The notes under the pieces are model-generated. The model made no database searches and was not told the origin of the DNA. It saw only the letters and a program-made list of their open reading frames with translations. The position numbers and the translations under genes are program-made. From a virus (taxonomy: Duplodnaviria; Caudoviricetes): a stretch of DNA of 64,000 bases. The stretch lies in the IMG/VR virus record IMGVR_UViG_3300028601_000030, positions 1 through 64,000 of that record. The stretch is one strand, 5' to 3'. Below are positions 34,974-44,229 of this stretch, one piece after another. Numbering within the stretch: position 1 is the stretch's first letter; every line of letters begins with the position of its first letter.

Positions 34974-37229
34974 CTAACTCCCGAGATACTTCATAACGGA
35001 AATATCTTGATAAACTCCAGGACGCTGGGAACTAACAGCAACCGACTGCACTTGCCCTCTCCAAGTTACTCCTAAATCAGTAACAGAAATAAGCATTCCT
35101 GGAATAAGTAATCCTGGATTATCGAACAACGGAGCTTGGATATTTACAATCTCTCGCGTTCCACTGTCCGCCAATATCTTCGCGCCTAATTGTTGTGCTG
35201 CGTAAACATCAGTTATAAGTGGGTCTGTTACCATCTGCGGTTGTTCAGAACCATCTGTACCAGTACGTTTTATCAAACAAGACACACCTTGATTCTGGCC
35301 ACTAACGTACACACCATTGTATTGTACTTGAGAATTATGGGTTACACCTTTATTTTGATAGCTTGGCAAGGAAGCATCAATTATAGCTCCTCCCCAATCC
35401 CAAGGCAAAGTGGCATATCTTGGAAGTAAACTGATAATCGTAGTGTTCGGTGCGCTCTGCACAATTCCCCCGGCAGCCGCGGCAATCGTCACCAATTCTT
35501 GTATTGGTGTTTTATCCGTCACGCTGTAGACATTTGCTGGAACTAACCAGTCATTCAACTGCCAATCTACAGTAAAACCTGTGTTCAAAATCGCTTCTTC
35601 CGCGAGCTGTACCGCTTGTCTTTGACTCGATTGTACGTAACTCTTAGGTCTTACGTAAGGAGCAGCAAGCTGTGCGCTAGGACTGCGGCCTGAGATTGAA
35701 TAAGTGCGCTGTCCGAACGCTCTACTCTCGCCATAGTCTTCAATTATGAATCGCCACTTGTTTCCATTGATTGTGGCTTCTACTTCAACCGGTGAGCCAG
35801 AAGGCACTACAAGGTCGAGGTCTTCTCGTCTTCTTAAATTTGCTTTGAATCCCCAACACCAATTATCTAATGAACCTTCAATGCTCATGCTTTGAATTGG
35901 TATAAGGGCGCTATCTGAAACTCTCCGCAGAGTGACGGTATTCATAATTATGTAATAACTCCTTATATCAGCTTTTGGTGTAGGTTTTATGTAATCATCA
36001 TCTGGGTTATAATCGTACTTGTCTTGAGGACCGGTTCTGTATCCATCATAGCAAACTTCATCGTAATTTGAAGTCTTATCTTCGAAGTACAATGGAAATT
36101 CCAGCATTCCCCGACTTGTCACATTCAGCGTTGCACCTATGCTACCACGCATTTCAATTTTGGTGTTGTCTTTACCTATTGGTCTATAACCAAACATTCC
36201 ACCTGAAGGGAATGAATAATACCGATTCTCTGGTGCAGGACTTATTGATAGTGGTTCAGGTAATCTTATGTACTCCTGTGGATTTATTTCAAATGCAACC
36301 TCAGAGAAATATTGACTTGGTACTTGGTCTTTTTCAGAATCCCAGACAAATACAACTTCACCATAAGCTGTTTCCCAAGTACGTTCACACCATTTAGGAA
36401 ACCAATTAGGACCACTATATATTGGTATCTCTCTATCTTTTGGGTCTGGGTGGGAATAAGCAAACACGTTCTTTATATCGTGTAAGGCTTTGAATTGGTC
36501 CCAAGGTACAACTTTTCCGAAATCTTTAAATTCAGGTGCTGTGTATCCATGGGAAATGTCATGGGCCAATTCTTTAACAAACTTATCCCAAAGAATATGT
36601 TTCTCTAAATCCTTTGTTGCTGGTGAGGTATATCCAGTTGCAACATTACTTTCGTATTGGTTAATTAAATCTTGGAAAGATGCAATCGTTTCACGATCTT
36701 GTTTTGGAATGAAATCCCACAAACTGCTGAAGTGTCGGAATAGATCATCCATCGCACCCCAAGGAATAATCTTCTCTTTTGCATTATTTATTGGAGCACT
36801 ATTTGAAGGAGCACTTATTTGAGGATCAAGCAGGTTAAATTTATTCCAAGGGGCTTTAACCTCATTCTTGTTTGGTTGGCGAACAAACCATGACGGTGCA
36901 AGCTCAGATTCAATGCCCGTGAAGCCAGATATACCTAACGTTATGTTTACGTTGGTTTCCCCAAGGAGAAGTGAATCCGTAAGCTCTGCGGCATTTCCTT
37001 CTATCGTCCCTAACGCTTCGGCAACCCAAGGAATGAGTAAAAGTTCTGGTGTGCTTGCTGATACTGTGATGCTATCGACAACATGCCATGACGTAGAATC
37101 CAGAACGGCTTCGTTTCCAGTGACATTGATTGCCACCGGATATGAAAACCACCCAAGCAGAAGGATTATATCAAATTCTGTAGGGGTAGCCGATACTGGA
37201 TCTTTTGTTATGGTTTGTCGGCTAAACAT
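34974..37229 (-). CDS. Tail tip / hub structural protein
   Basis: 751 aa; C-terminal half IMNTVTL...WCWGF...GRSPSAQLAAPY...DW typical of siphophage tail tip proteins; N-terminal W-containing 28-29 aa repeats. Confidence 0.7.
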   Translation of the reverse strand: MFSRQTITKDPVSATPTEFDIILLLGWFSYPVAINVTGNEAVLDSTSWHVVDSITVSASTPELLLIPWVAEALGTIEGNAAELTDSLLLGETNVNITLGISGFTGIESELAPSWFVRQPNKNEVKAPWNKFNLLDPQISAPSNSAPINNAKEKIIPWGAMDDLFRHFSSLWDFIPKQDRETIASFQDLINQYESNVATGYTSPATKDLEKHILWDKFVKELAHDISHGYTAPEFKDFGKVVPWDQFKALHDIKNVFAYSHPDPKDREIPIYSGPNWFPKWCERTWETAYGEVVFVWDSEKDQVPSQYFSEVAFEINPQEYIRLPEPLSISPAPENRYYSFPSGGMFGYRPIGKDNTKIEMRGSIGATLNVTSRGMLEFPLYFEDKTSNYDEVCYDGYRTGPQDKYDYNPDDDYIKPTPKADIRSYYIIMNTVTLRRVSDSALIPIQSMSIEGSLDNWCWGFKANLRRREDLDLVVPSGSPVEVEATINGNKWRFIIEDYGESRAFGQRTYSISGRSPSAQLAAPYVRPKSYVQSSQRQAVQLAEEAILNTGFTVDWQLNDWLVPANVYSVTDKTPIQELVTIAAAAGGIVQSAPNTTIISLLPRYATLPWDWGGAIIDASLPSYQNKGVTHNSQVQYNGVYVSGQNQGVSCLIKRTGTDGSEQPQMVTDPLITDVYAAQQLGAKILADSGTREIVNIQAPLFDNPGLLIPGMLISVTDLGVTWRGQVQSVAVSSQRPGVYQDISVMKYLGS

Positions 37230-37240
37230 TCTTTATCCCA

Positions 37241-37402
37241 TTAAATAGGTTCTACTTTTGAACCTTTTTGACCAACCCATACATTTTTGTCTCTGGTATT
37301 ATCCGTACACACATATAACTCCCCACCTTCTAGGTCTTGCCATAGATAGGGAGTTACTGGTGGATTTACATAAATATTTGGTGGTCTATTTGCAGTTATC
37401 AT
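37241..37402 (-). CDS. 53-aa short paralogue of the shared anchor domain (not in the ORF track)
   Basis: Hand translation MITANRPPNIYVNPPVTPYLWQDLEGGELYVCTDNTRDKNVWVGQKGSKVEPI. Confidence 0.75.
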   Translation of the reverse strand: MITANRPPNIYVNPPVTPYLWQDLEGGELYVCTDNTRDKNVWVGQKGSKVEPI

Positions 37403-37421
37403 AATTTATACCTTTATACCT

Positions 37422-38249
37422 TTATATATTGTCTGCACGTTCATGAACATAAATCTTGTCTGAACCATTATCACAACTGATCAGGTTTGTTCCATCGAAA
37501 GTCAATCCTGATGGATATGATGATGGTGATGAAAAGGATGTTAAAATGTTTTGGGAAACACCATCATGAACATAAATCTTTTTTGAATCATAATCACAAC
37601 TGATCAGGTTTGTTCCATCGAAAGTTAAACCATATGGATATCGTGATGGTGATGAAAATGATGTCAAAATGGTTGAAGATATTCCATCATGAACATAAAT
37701 CTTTTTTGAATCACTATCACAACTGATCAGGTTTGTTCCATCGAAAGTTAAACCTCTTGGATATCGTGATGGTGTTGAAAATGATGTTAAAATTGAACTG
37801 GAAACACCATCATGAACATAAATCTTTTCTGAACCATTCTCACAACTGATCAGGTTTGTTCCATCGAAAGTTAAACCTCTTGGATATCGTGATGGTGTTG
37901 AAAATGATGTTAAAATTGAACTGGAAACACCATCATGAACATAAATCTTTTCTGAATTATAATCACAACTGATCAGGTTTGTTCCATCGAAAGCTAGTCC
38001 TGATGGATTTGATGATGGTGATGAAAATGATGCCATAATCTGCCCATGAGGCAAAGAATAATACCGTACCATTGTACCTAATTGACCAACCCACACATTA
38101 AAATCTGGAGTGAGGTCAGTACAAATAAAAATTTCCCCGGTAGACAAATTCAGCCATGTTTTGCCAATTCTACCGGGGTTTACTGTAAGCGTTGGATTCT
38201 CTTTGTATATGTAATCGAAACCAGAAAAAGGTCTTATTTGATCAATCAT
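37422..38249 (-). CDS. Anchor domain + five 41-aa beta-propeller-like repeats (paralogue 3)
   Basis: NPT..VNP...WLNLSTGEIFICTD followed by 5 x SFSxPSxxPxGLTFDGTNLISCDxxSxKIYVHDGVSxxILT. Confidence 0.85.
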   Translation of the reverse strand: MIDQIRPFSGFDYIYKENPTLTVNPGRIGKTWLNLSTGEIFICTDLTPDFNVWVGQLGTMVRYYSLPHGQIMASFSSPSSNPSGLAFDGTNLISCDYNSEKIYVHDGVSSSILTSFSTPSRYPRGLTFDGTNLISCENGSEKIYVHDGVSSSILTSFSTPSRYPRGLTFDGTNLISCDSDSKKIYVHDGISSTILTSFSSPSRYPYGLTFDGTNLISCDYDSKKIYVHDGVSQNILTSFSSPSSYPSGLTFDGTNLISCDNGSDKIYVHERADNI

Positions 38250-38261
38250 GGGAAACTCCTA

Positions 38262-38477
38262 CTAAGAAACACTTGTACCGAAATTACCTTTCCATACATT
38301 AGCATTCCTTGTATTGTCTAGGCAAACAAATATCTCACCAGTTAAAGTGTTTAGCCAGGTAGCATATAAAGATGATGGATTGATATCTATAGTTGGAAGA
38401 CCAGCATATACATAATCATACCGGTCTGCCCATGTATGCACTATTTCTTGTTCTGGTATATTTCCTATATAATTCAT
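38262..38477 (-). CDS. Short paralogue of the anchor domain
   Basis: LPTIDINP...WLNTLTGEIFVCLDNTRNANVWKG. Confidence 0.8.
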   Translation of the reverse strand: MNYIGNIPEQEIVHTWADRYDYVYAGLPTIDINPSSLYATWLNTLTGEIFVCLDNTRNANVWKGNFGTSVS

Positions 38478-38487
38478 AAATCACCTT

Positions 38488-39375
38488 CTATGAAGGGGTA
38501 AATTCAAACGGAGCGTAAGTGGATACTTGCCCATCTATCCTAGCATGAACATAAATCCTTTTTGAATCATAATCACAACTGATCAGGTTTGTTCCATCGA
38601 AAGCTAAACCTATTGGAGTTGTTGATGGTGATGAAAATGATGTTAAAATGTTTTGGGAAACACCATCATGAACATAAATCTTGTCTGAATTATAATCACA
38701 ACTGATAAGGTTTGTTCCATCGAAAGTTAGTCCATATGTATATGTTGATGGTGTTGAAAATGATGTCAAAATGTTTTGGGAAACACCATCATGAACATAA
38801 ATCATGTCTGCACTATTATCACAACTGATCAGGTTTGTTCCATCGAAAGTTAAACCTATTGGATTTGATGATGGTGAAGGAAATGAAGTCAAAATTGTTG
38901 AAGAAACACCATCATGAACATAAATCATGTCTGAATAAATATCACAACTGATCAGGTTTGTTCCATCGAAAGTCAAACCTGTTGGACGTGATGATGGTGA
39001 TGGAAAAGATGTTAAAATGTTTTGGGAAACACCATCATGAACATAAATCCTTTTTGAATTATAATCACAACTGATCAGGTTTGTTCCATCGAAAGTTAAA
39101 CCTCTTGGATATGTTGATGGTGAAGCAAAGCTTCTTTCAATGGCTTCTTGTGGCATTGAATACACTGCAATCAAAGTTCTGTAAGTACCTTTCCAGATAT
39201 TTGCACCCAATGTATTATCTAGGCAAACAAATATCTCACCAGTTAAAGTGTTCAACCATGTCATGTTGAGAATGGGCGGATTTACATCTATAGTGGGATT
39301 ATCCGTAAAAATGTAATTATGCGGCAATCGCTGCGACATATTTACCATTCTGTAATTTTGTTTGCCTAGATACAT
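38488..39375 (-). CDS. Anchor domain + five 41-aa repeats (paralogue 2)
   Basis: NPTIDVNP...WLNTLTGEIFVCLDNT followed by 5 repeats. Confidence 0.85.
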   Translation of the reverse strand: MYLGKQNYRMVNMSQRLPHNYIFTDNPTIDVNPPILNMTWLNTLTGEIFVCLDNTLGANIWKGTYRTLIAVYSMPQEAIERSFASPSTYPRGLTFDGTNLISCDYNSKRIYVHDGVSQNILTSFPSPSSRPTGLTFDGTNLISCDIYSDMIYVHDGVSSTILTSFPSPSSNPIGLTFDGTNLISCDNSADMIYVHDGVSQNILTSFSTPSTYTYGLTFDGTNLISCDYNSDKIYVHDGVSQNILTSFSSPSTTPIGLAFDGTNLISCDYDSKRIYVHARIDGQVSTYAPFEFTPS

Positions 39376-39557
39376 TATGAAACCTCCCCATCAATATATT
39401 TCCATACGACATTGGTTGGGTTATTATTTACACAAGTAAATAATGCACCTGTTTCCGTATTCAACCAGATAAACGGTATAAATGGAGGAATATCTTCATG
39501 CGTTGGATTTCTAGTCGCTGCATAGTGGCAGATATTTTGAGCTTCTTGTTTAAGCAT
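39375..39557 (-). CDS. Short paralogue of the anchor domain
   Basis: NPTHEDIP...WLNTETGALFTCVNNNPTNVVW; TAATG coupling at both ends. Confidence 0.8.
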   Translation of the reverse strand: MLKQEAQNICHYAATRNPTHEDIPPFIPFIWLNTETGALFTCVNNNPTNVVWKYIDGEVS

Positions 39558-40432
39558 TATCCCACCGTTGATATATAAGAACGCCAATAAGGAACAACTT
39601 GCCCATCCTCCCTTGCATGAACATAAATCTTGTCTGAAGCACTATCACAACTGATCAGGTTTGTTCCATCGAAAGCTAGTCCTGATGGATTTGATGATGG
39701 TGATGAAAATGATGTTAAAATTGAACTGGAAACACCATCATGAACATAAATCTTGTCTGAACCACTATCACAACTGATCAGGTTTGTTCCATCGAAAGTT
39801 AAACCTCTTGGAGATGATGATGGTGTTGAAAATGATGTTAAAATGTTTTGGGAAACACCATCATGAACATAAATCCTGTCTGAACCCGGGTCACAACTGA
39901 TCAGGTTTGTTCCATCGAAAGCTAGTCCTGTTGGAGATGCGGATGGTGATGAAAATGATGTTAAAATGTTTTGGGAAACACCATCATGAACATAAATCCT
40001 GTCTGAACCCAGGTCACAACTGATCAGGTTTGTTCCATCGAAAGTTAAACCTGATGGATATGATGATGGTGATGGAAAGGATGTTAAAATGGTTGAAGAA
40101 ACACCATCATGAACATAAATCCTGTCTGAACCACTATCACAACTGATCAGGTTTGTTCCATCGAAAGTTAGTCCATATGGAAAAGTTGATGGTGAAGGAA
40201 ATGATGTTACTACAGAGTATTTAGGTAAGGAATATGCCATGATAATGGTCTTATACGAACCTCTCCAAGAATTTGCATCTATGGTATTTTTAGTGCAGAC
40301 AAACAATTCTCCTGTGGTAATGTTCATCCAAGTTGCGTACTGCTTTCTTGGATTTACATCAATTGTAGGATTACCCTTACTCACATAATCGAACTGTGGA
40401 CCTTCCATTATATGTTGTTGCATGAGGCCCAT
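39557..40432 (-). CDS. Anchor domain + five 41-aa repeats (paralogue 1)
   Basis: NPTIDVNP...WMNITTGELFVCTKNT followed by 5 repeats. Confidence 0.85.
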   Translation of the reverse strand: MGLMQQHIMEGPQFDYVSKGNPTIDVNPRKQYATWMNITTGELFVCTKNTIDANSWRGSYKTIIMAYSLPKYSVVTSFPSPSTFPYGLTFDGTNLISCDSGSDRIYVHDGVSSTILTSFPSPSSYPSGLTFDGTNLISCDLGSDRIYVHDGVSQNILTSFSSPSASPTGLAFDGTNLISCDPGSDRIYVHDGVSQNILTSFSTPSSSPRGLTFDGTNLISCDSGSDKIYVHDGVSSSILTSFSSPSSNPSGLAFDGTNLISCDSASDKIYVHAREDGQVVPYWRSYISTVG

Positions 40433-40743
40433 CAGCTCATCTCCATATAACTGATAAGATATTCAACACCAGCATCCACAGAACAAAGCTCTTTTATCGT
40501 ATCTCCAGCATTCAATACTTGTTTGCCGCTCAACAACGGTAGAGTAGAACCTTCAGGTAATGGTACATTCTTCACCAAATAAGTATCAGATGGTGTAAGT
40601 TGCACATCAATATTCACCTGGTACCCAGCAACATTCGCTACAGTGAAACCGATAATAACCCACTGAACACCATCTGGAACAGTAGCTATAGTTGAGCCTG
40701 CAGATGTTCCGGTTGCTACTATTCGATCAAAAGAGTTAGCCAT
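40432..40743 (-). CDS. Small beta-rich virion protein
   Basis: 103 aa in tail operon. Confidence 0.6.
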   Translation of the reverse strand: MANSFDRIVATGTSAGSTIATVPDGVQWVIIGFTVANVAGYQVNIDVQLTPSDTYLVKNVPLPEGSTLPLLSGKQVLNAGDTIKELCSVDAGVEYLISYMEMS

Positions 40744-40753
40744 TTATATTCTC

Positions 40754-42046
40754 CTATCCAAGAGCAATAACCATTGCCACGATGTCTGCATTGGTTGCTA
40801 CAGAACTTCCCGGCACAACTACAGCAGAAAGGTCTGTGATGTTCGGTTCATTGGGTTCTGAATAAATATCAGTCAAGCTTGTATCGCTCAACGATGACGC
40901 ATAGATGTTGATTCCCGCTAAATTTAACACGCAGAAATCACTTTCACCATTGATTTTGTACCCTAACGCTAAGTTGTTAGTGGGAGTCGTTGTTTTAATG
41001 CTTGCTGTGAGAGGCGTTTCCGCAACACCATTCACAACCAGATTTAAATCTGTTCCATCATAACGCAATGCTACATGGTATTCAGTAGAAGCAGAAATTG
41101 CTTTGGTGATAGTTTGCTCAGTGTCTGTATCATCAAGCACAGCAACTACAAGGTTTCCTGTAGCTGTGAGTTTCATGTGCAGATAACCATCAGTATCAAG
41201 TCCTGATTGATTACTGAGGAAAACACCATCTGCAAGGGTGTCGGCTGTTTCCATCCAAAACGTTAAAGTGAATGGAGCAGAATGATCTAATCCAAAATCG
41301 GTCAAGGTGACTTTACTGCTTGTTCCATTTAATTGAACACCATCACCAGCAACTCCGTCTTTCTTCCAGCGCAGACAATCGACACACACGGCATCTTGGT
41401 ATCCTGATGCGTTTCTCCACACATCGTTGAAAAACATGTCACTTTTAAATGTTTGTCCTGTGGGAACTGGTGTGTCTGGTTCTGTATGAGTAGTGGTATA
41501 TTGCCCTATAGCGATGAACTCTACTTGTTGGCCAGCAGTAAGCCCTGTATTGAAAACAACCGTTGCTCCATCAACTGCGGAATATTCAGACTCAGCAACC
41601 AATTTACCATCTACATAAACTTCAAGTGAACCACGAATATATATGTGGTCAAAAGTAGTTTGGCCTTCTGTAGCAATCTGGTAACCACGATTGAAGGTGA
41701 CATTACCTTGGTTTATTACAAACCCAGCTATGTGGTCAAGTGCTGCGGCTGTTGCTGTGTTGAAGATGGTCTTTGAACCAGCTGCCCAAGGAACTTTAAG
41801 ATCATTGTTGGAACTAGCAAGTATGGTATCTCTGGTAAGTGTGGTTGAAGTGCCTACGATTATCTGACCATAACCAATTTCCCAATTATCTAAACCTTCA
41901 CAGCAGTAATAGCACCACTCACCGTCACCGATACCTTCTACAAATGTTCTTTCAAGAGGATCAGTTGTTCCTTCAAGAACATAATCAGAAGAACCTTCGG
42001 TAGTGGTTGCTTCACGAACTCTGTCACCGTATTTCAGTAAGGCCAT
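40754..42046 (-). CDS. Tail fibre-like protein with a LamG/concanavalin-A-like domain
   Basis: N-terminal DRVREATTTEG fibre motif; ATEGQTTF...VYVDG module; C-terminal FTLTFW...YHVALRYDGTDLNLVVNG. Confidence 0.75.
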   Translation of the reverse strand: MALLKYGDRVREATTTEGSSDYVLEGTTDPLERTFVEGIGDGEWCYYCCEGLDNWEIGYGQIIVGTSTTLTRDTILASSNNDLKVPWAAGSKTIFNTATAAALDHIAGFVINQGNVTFNRGYQIATEGQTTFDHIYIRGSLEVYVDGKLVAESEYSAVDGATVVFNTGLTAGQQVEFIAIGQYTTTHTEPDTPVPTGQTFKSDMFFNDVWRNASGYQDAVCVDCLRWKKDGVAGDGVQLNGTSSKVTLTDFGLDHSAPFTLTFWMETADTLADGVFLSNQSGLDTDGYLHMKLTATGNLVVAVLDDTDTEQTITKAISASTEYHVALRYDGTDLNLVVNGVAETPLTASIKTTTPTNNLALGYKINGESDFCVLNLAGINIYASSLSDTSLTDIYSEPNEPNITDLSAVVVPGSSVATNADIVAMVIALG

Positions 42047-42055
42047 GATCTATCC

Positions 42056-42475
42056 TTAATTGAAGGTGAACTTAACAGCACCAGGATTAAACTCTGGAGC
42101 AGGGGCACCATTGGGCACATTCTTATTTGACGCTAAAGGAGAAAATATCAAAAGATTTCCACCATTTGCTAAATCAGCATCAAACAATCCCCAACCAACG
42201 ATTGTTCCCCAATCTTCTTGAGGAGTTGGGAAAATGATCGAAAACAGATTGTAAAATTCACCATTACCGTCAACAGGTTCTGTCCAATGGGTGTTTGACG
42301 GTCCGTAAGCAACCCTACCATACGATGCCGCTGGACACTCAATGCCACCTGTTCCATCGTCAGCAGTAGGCAATGTTGTGAATAAACCCATGTACAAAGT
42401 AGTTGGTTTAGTAAAGGCCGCATCTCGGAACAAGTGATTCCCAAGTTGCTGTTCTAAGTAGTCGGTCATACCCAT
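42056..42475 (-). CDS. Conserved tail protein
   Basis: MTDYLE...HLFR...YMGLFT...SYGRV...FP...WGTI...LFDA...GNLL family pattern. Confidence 0.7.
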   Translation of the reverse strand: MGMTDYLEQQLGNHLFRDAAFTKPTTLYMGLFTTLPTADDGTGGIECPAASYGRVAYGPSNTHWTEPVDGNGEFYNLFSIIFPTPQEDWGTIVGWGLFDADLANGGNLLIFSPLASNKNVPNGAPAPEFNPGAVKFTFN

Positions 42476-42487
42476 ATCGAAAACTCC

Positions 42488-43297
42488 TTAATTCTCTGGA
42501 GGGAAGCCCTGATCTGACACTTGAAATACTCTAGCATGAACTAGGGCATTTAAAAAGCCTGTTTTTCTGTCGTCAAATACAGTCACAATGTGTGGTTCAT
42601 CTATACGTTGCACTAGTAAACGTTTAAATGCAGCTACTCCATAGCGATCAGTTATCATACTTGCGATATATTTGCCGTTGGTACTGTTGCGAATTTCTAC
42701 GCGCCTTTGCACATAAGTGCTATCAAGAACAGTTTTTATGGTCAGTTTGTGTGGATAGTCTGGAAATATGCCAGGTACAATTATTTCTTCTGGGCTATGC
42801 ATTTGTGTGTGTTCTGGCAGTCCTGTCACAGAAGTAGGTATTTCAGTGTAAACAGTGTCTGGTAATTTTCTCCAACGAATAGCAAAATCATACTCACCTG
42901 TTCCGTTTTGCACTCGCGCAGTTAATGTGTATGTTCCTGGAGCGAGTGTTATTTGTGTTCTTTCTGGGACACCATTATGGACGGAATAACACACCCCTGT
43001 TCCATCTAAGAACAAATCAATATAATCATCTGCATCTGCATCAAATTCATACGCGGCTTCTTCAGTTATGGTTAAAGTGTATTCAATGACCATAACTAAA
43101 TTAGTGGAGATATTTATTCCAAAACCAACATTTTGTCCGCTTGACCATTGACCGAACAAAGTATTAAATGGACGCCTACCAAGTTCAACCGTTCCCGCAT
43201 CTGATAAAACTGTGTCCATTTCAGACGGCAATTGAATATTGCGCCCTAAAGCAGTAATAGCAGTAGCTACATCGTATACGGTCATTGTCACAGACAT
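42488..43297 (-). CDS. Tail protein with a PA14-like carbohydrate-binding domain
   Basis: YEFDADADDYIDLFLDG...LAPGTYTL...NGTG...W; C-terminal RRVEIR...TDRYG...F module. Confidence 0.6.
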   Translation of the reverse strand: MSVTMTVYDVATAITALGRNIQLPSEMDTVLSDAGTVELGRRPFNTLFGQWSSGQNVGFGINISTNLVMVIEYTLTITEEAAYEFDADADDYIDLFLDGTGVCYSVHNGVPERTQITLAPGTYTLTARVQNGTGEYDFAIRWRKLPDTVYTEIPTSVTGLPEHTQMHSPEEIIVPGIFPDYPHKLTIKTVLDSTYVQRRVEIRNSTNGKYIASMITDRYGVAAFKRLLVQRIDEPHIVTVFDDRKTGFLNALVHARVFQVSDQGFPPEN

Positions 43298-44229
43298 TAC
43301 CAAGGTCCTGTTATGTCAAAGAAAACTACACCTTCATCATCAGATTCATTATCTGAATCATAGTGAACACACAAATAAGATTTGCCTGTTTCAGGGTCAA
43401 CATGTACATCCTGATGATTCATTGGTTTGTATGCGAGCGGTTGGTACATACCCCGCAATTTACCACGTACTAATTTTAAACCCTTTTCTGTAGCTGTGTC
43501 ACAAGCTACATAGCATGGAGAAAGATAAAAACCTAATCCGGTATTCGCGCTTTCTAGGCTAGAGAAATATCGCTCATTCCCCATTATGTGGGCTCCGCCA
43601 ACAGACACAATATGTCCATTAGGTGCAAATTCACCACTTGCAGAACGGTGAAACTCTAAACCATATGTACCAGCACCAACAGCATTTGTATAATGCAGGC
43701 CTAATGTTTCATCGTCATCTGGTAGAGAATTTGAGTCAGCATGTCCAGAAAAGAAACTGTTGTAAGGGTCATTGGGCATTATCGAATGAAATTCACCAAA
43801 ACCATGAATTATATTTCCATAGTATCCTTCCAAAATCACATAGCATGTTTTTTCGTCGGCAAGGACTATCCAGTTTGCAGAATCTACCGTGGTGTGTTGC
43901 TTGCCGAAATAATCTTCTCCCCATTGACCAATCATGTCTCCGTCAACAAGAGCTAAAGATTCCCCAGCGTACATATAAGCAACATCAGGATCGTCCATAT
44001 TATCATTGACTTGGTATACCTGACGAGCGTCACCAGTCAATGAGCGAAATGCAGCGTAGTTATTCGCTTCTTCGAATATTTCTTCCCAACCAGCACCAGC
44101 TATAGTTGTATCCCCAAGCGTCCAACCAGTGACAAGGCATTTACGCAATAGATCTGCCATCGAGCCGCGTTTACTGTTTGGATGTGCTGGGGCTCCAGTC
44201 AAACCAGAATGAAAATACTTGACTCCCAT
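43297..44229 (-). CDS. Tail protein
   Basis: VKYFHS...GAP...GSMADLLRKCLVTG...AGWEE...RGKLRG family pattern. Confidence 0.7.
   Translation of the reverse strand: MGVKYFHSGLTGAPAHPNSKRGSMADLLRKCLVTGWTLGDTTIAGAGWEEIFEEANNYAAFRSLTGDARQVYQVNDNMDDPDVAYMYAGESLALVDGDMIGQWGEDYFGKQHTTVDSANWIVLADEKTCYVILEGYYGNIIHGFGEFHSIMPNDPYNSFFSGHADSNSLPDDDETLGLHYTNAVGAGTYGLEFHRSASGEFAPNGHIVSVGGAHIMGNERYFSSLESANTGLGFYLSPCYVACDTATEKGLKLVRGKLRGMYQPLAYKPMNHQDVHVDPETGKSYLCVHYDSDNESDDEGVVFFDITGPW

Larger units (their letters stand above)
37422..40210 (-). repeat. 15 near-identical 123-bp repeats in three blocks of five
   Basis: Invariant core ACAACTGAT(C/A)AGGTTTGTTCCATCGAAAG recurs every 123 nt; 37717-37833 is identical to 37840-37956. 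Confidence 0.95.

Noticed and set aside
37422-40210. CRISPR array or diversity-generating retroelement target
   Set aside because: The repeats are in-frame 123-bp coding units without unique spacers. Many variable codons end in T, as AAT mutagenesis would give, but synonymous adenines in the framework (e.g. GGA ACA AAC) are invariant across copies. No reverse transcriptase or template repeat is in the window.
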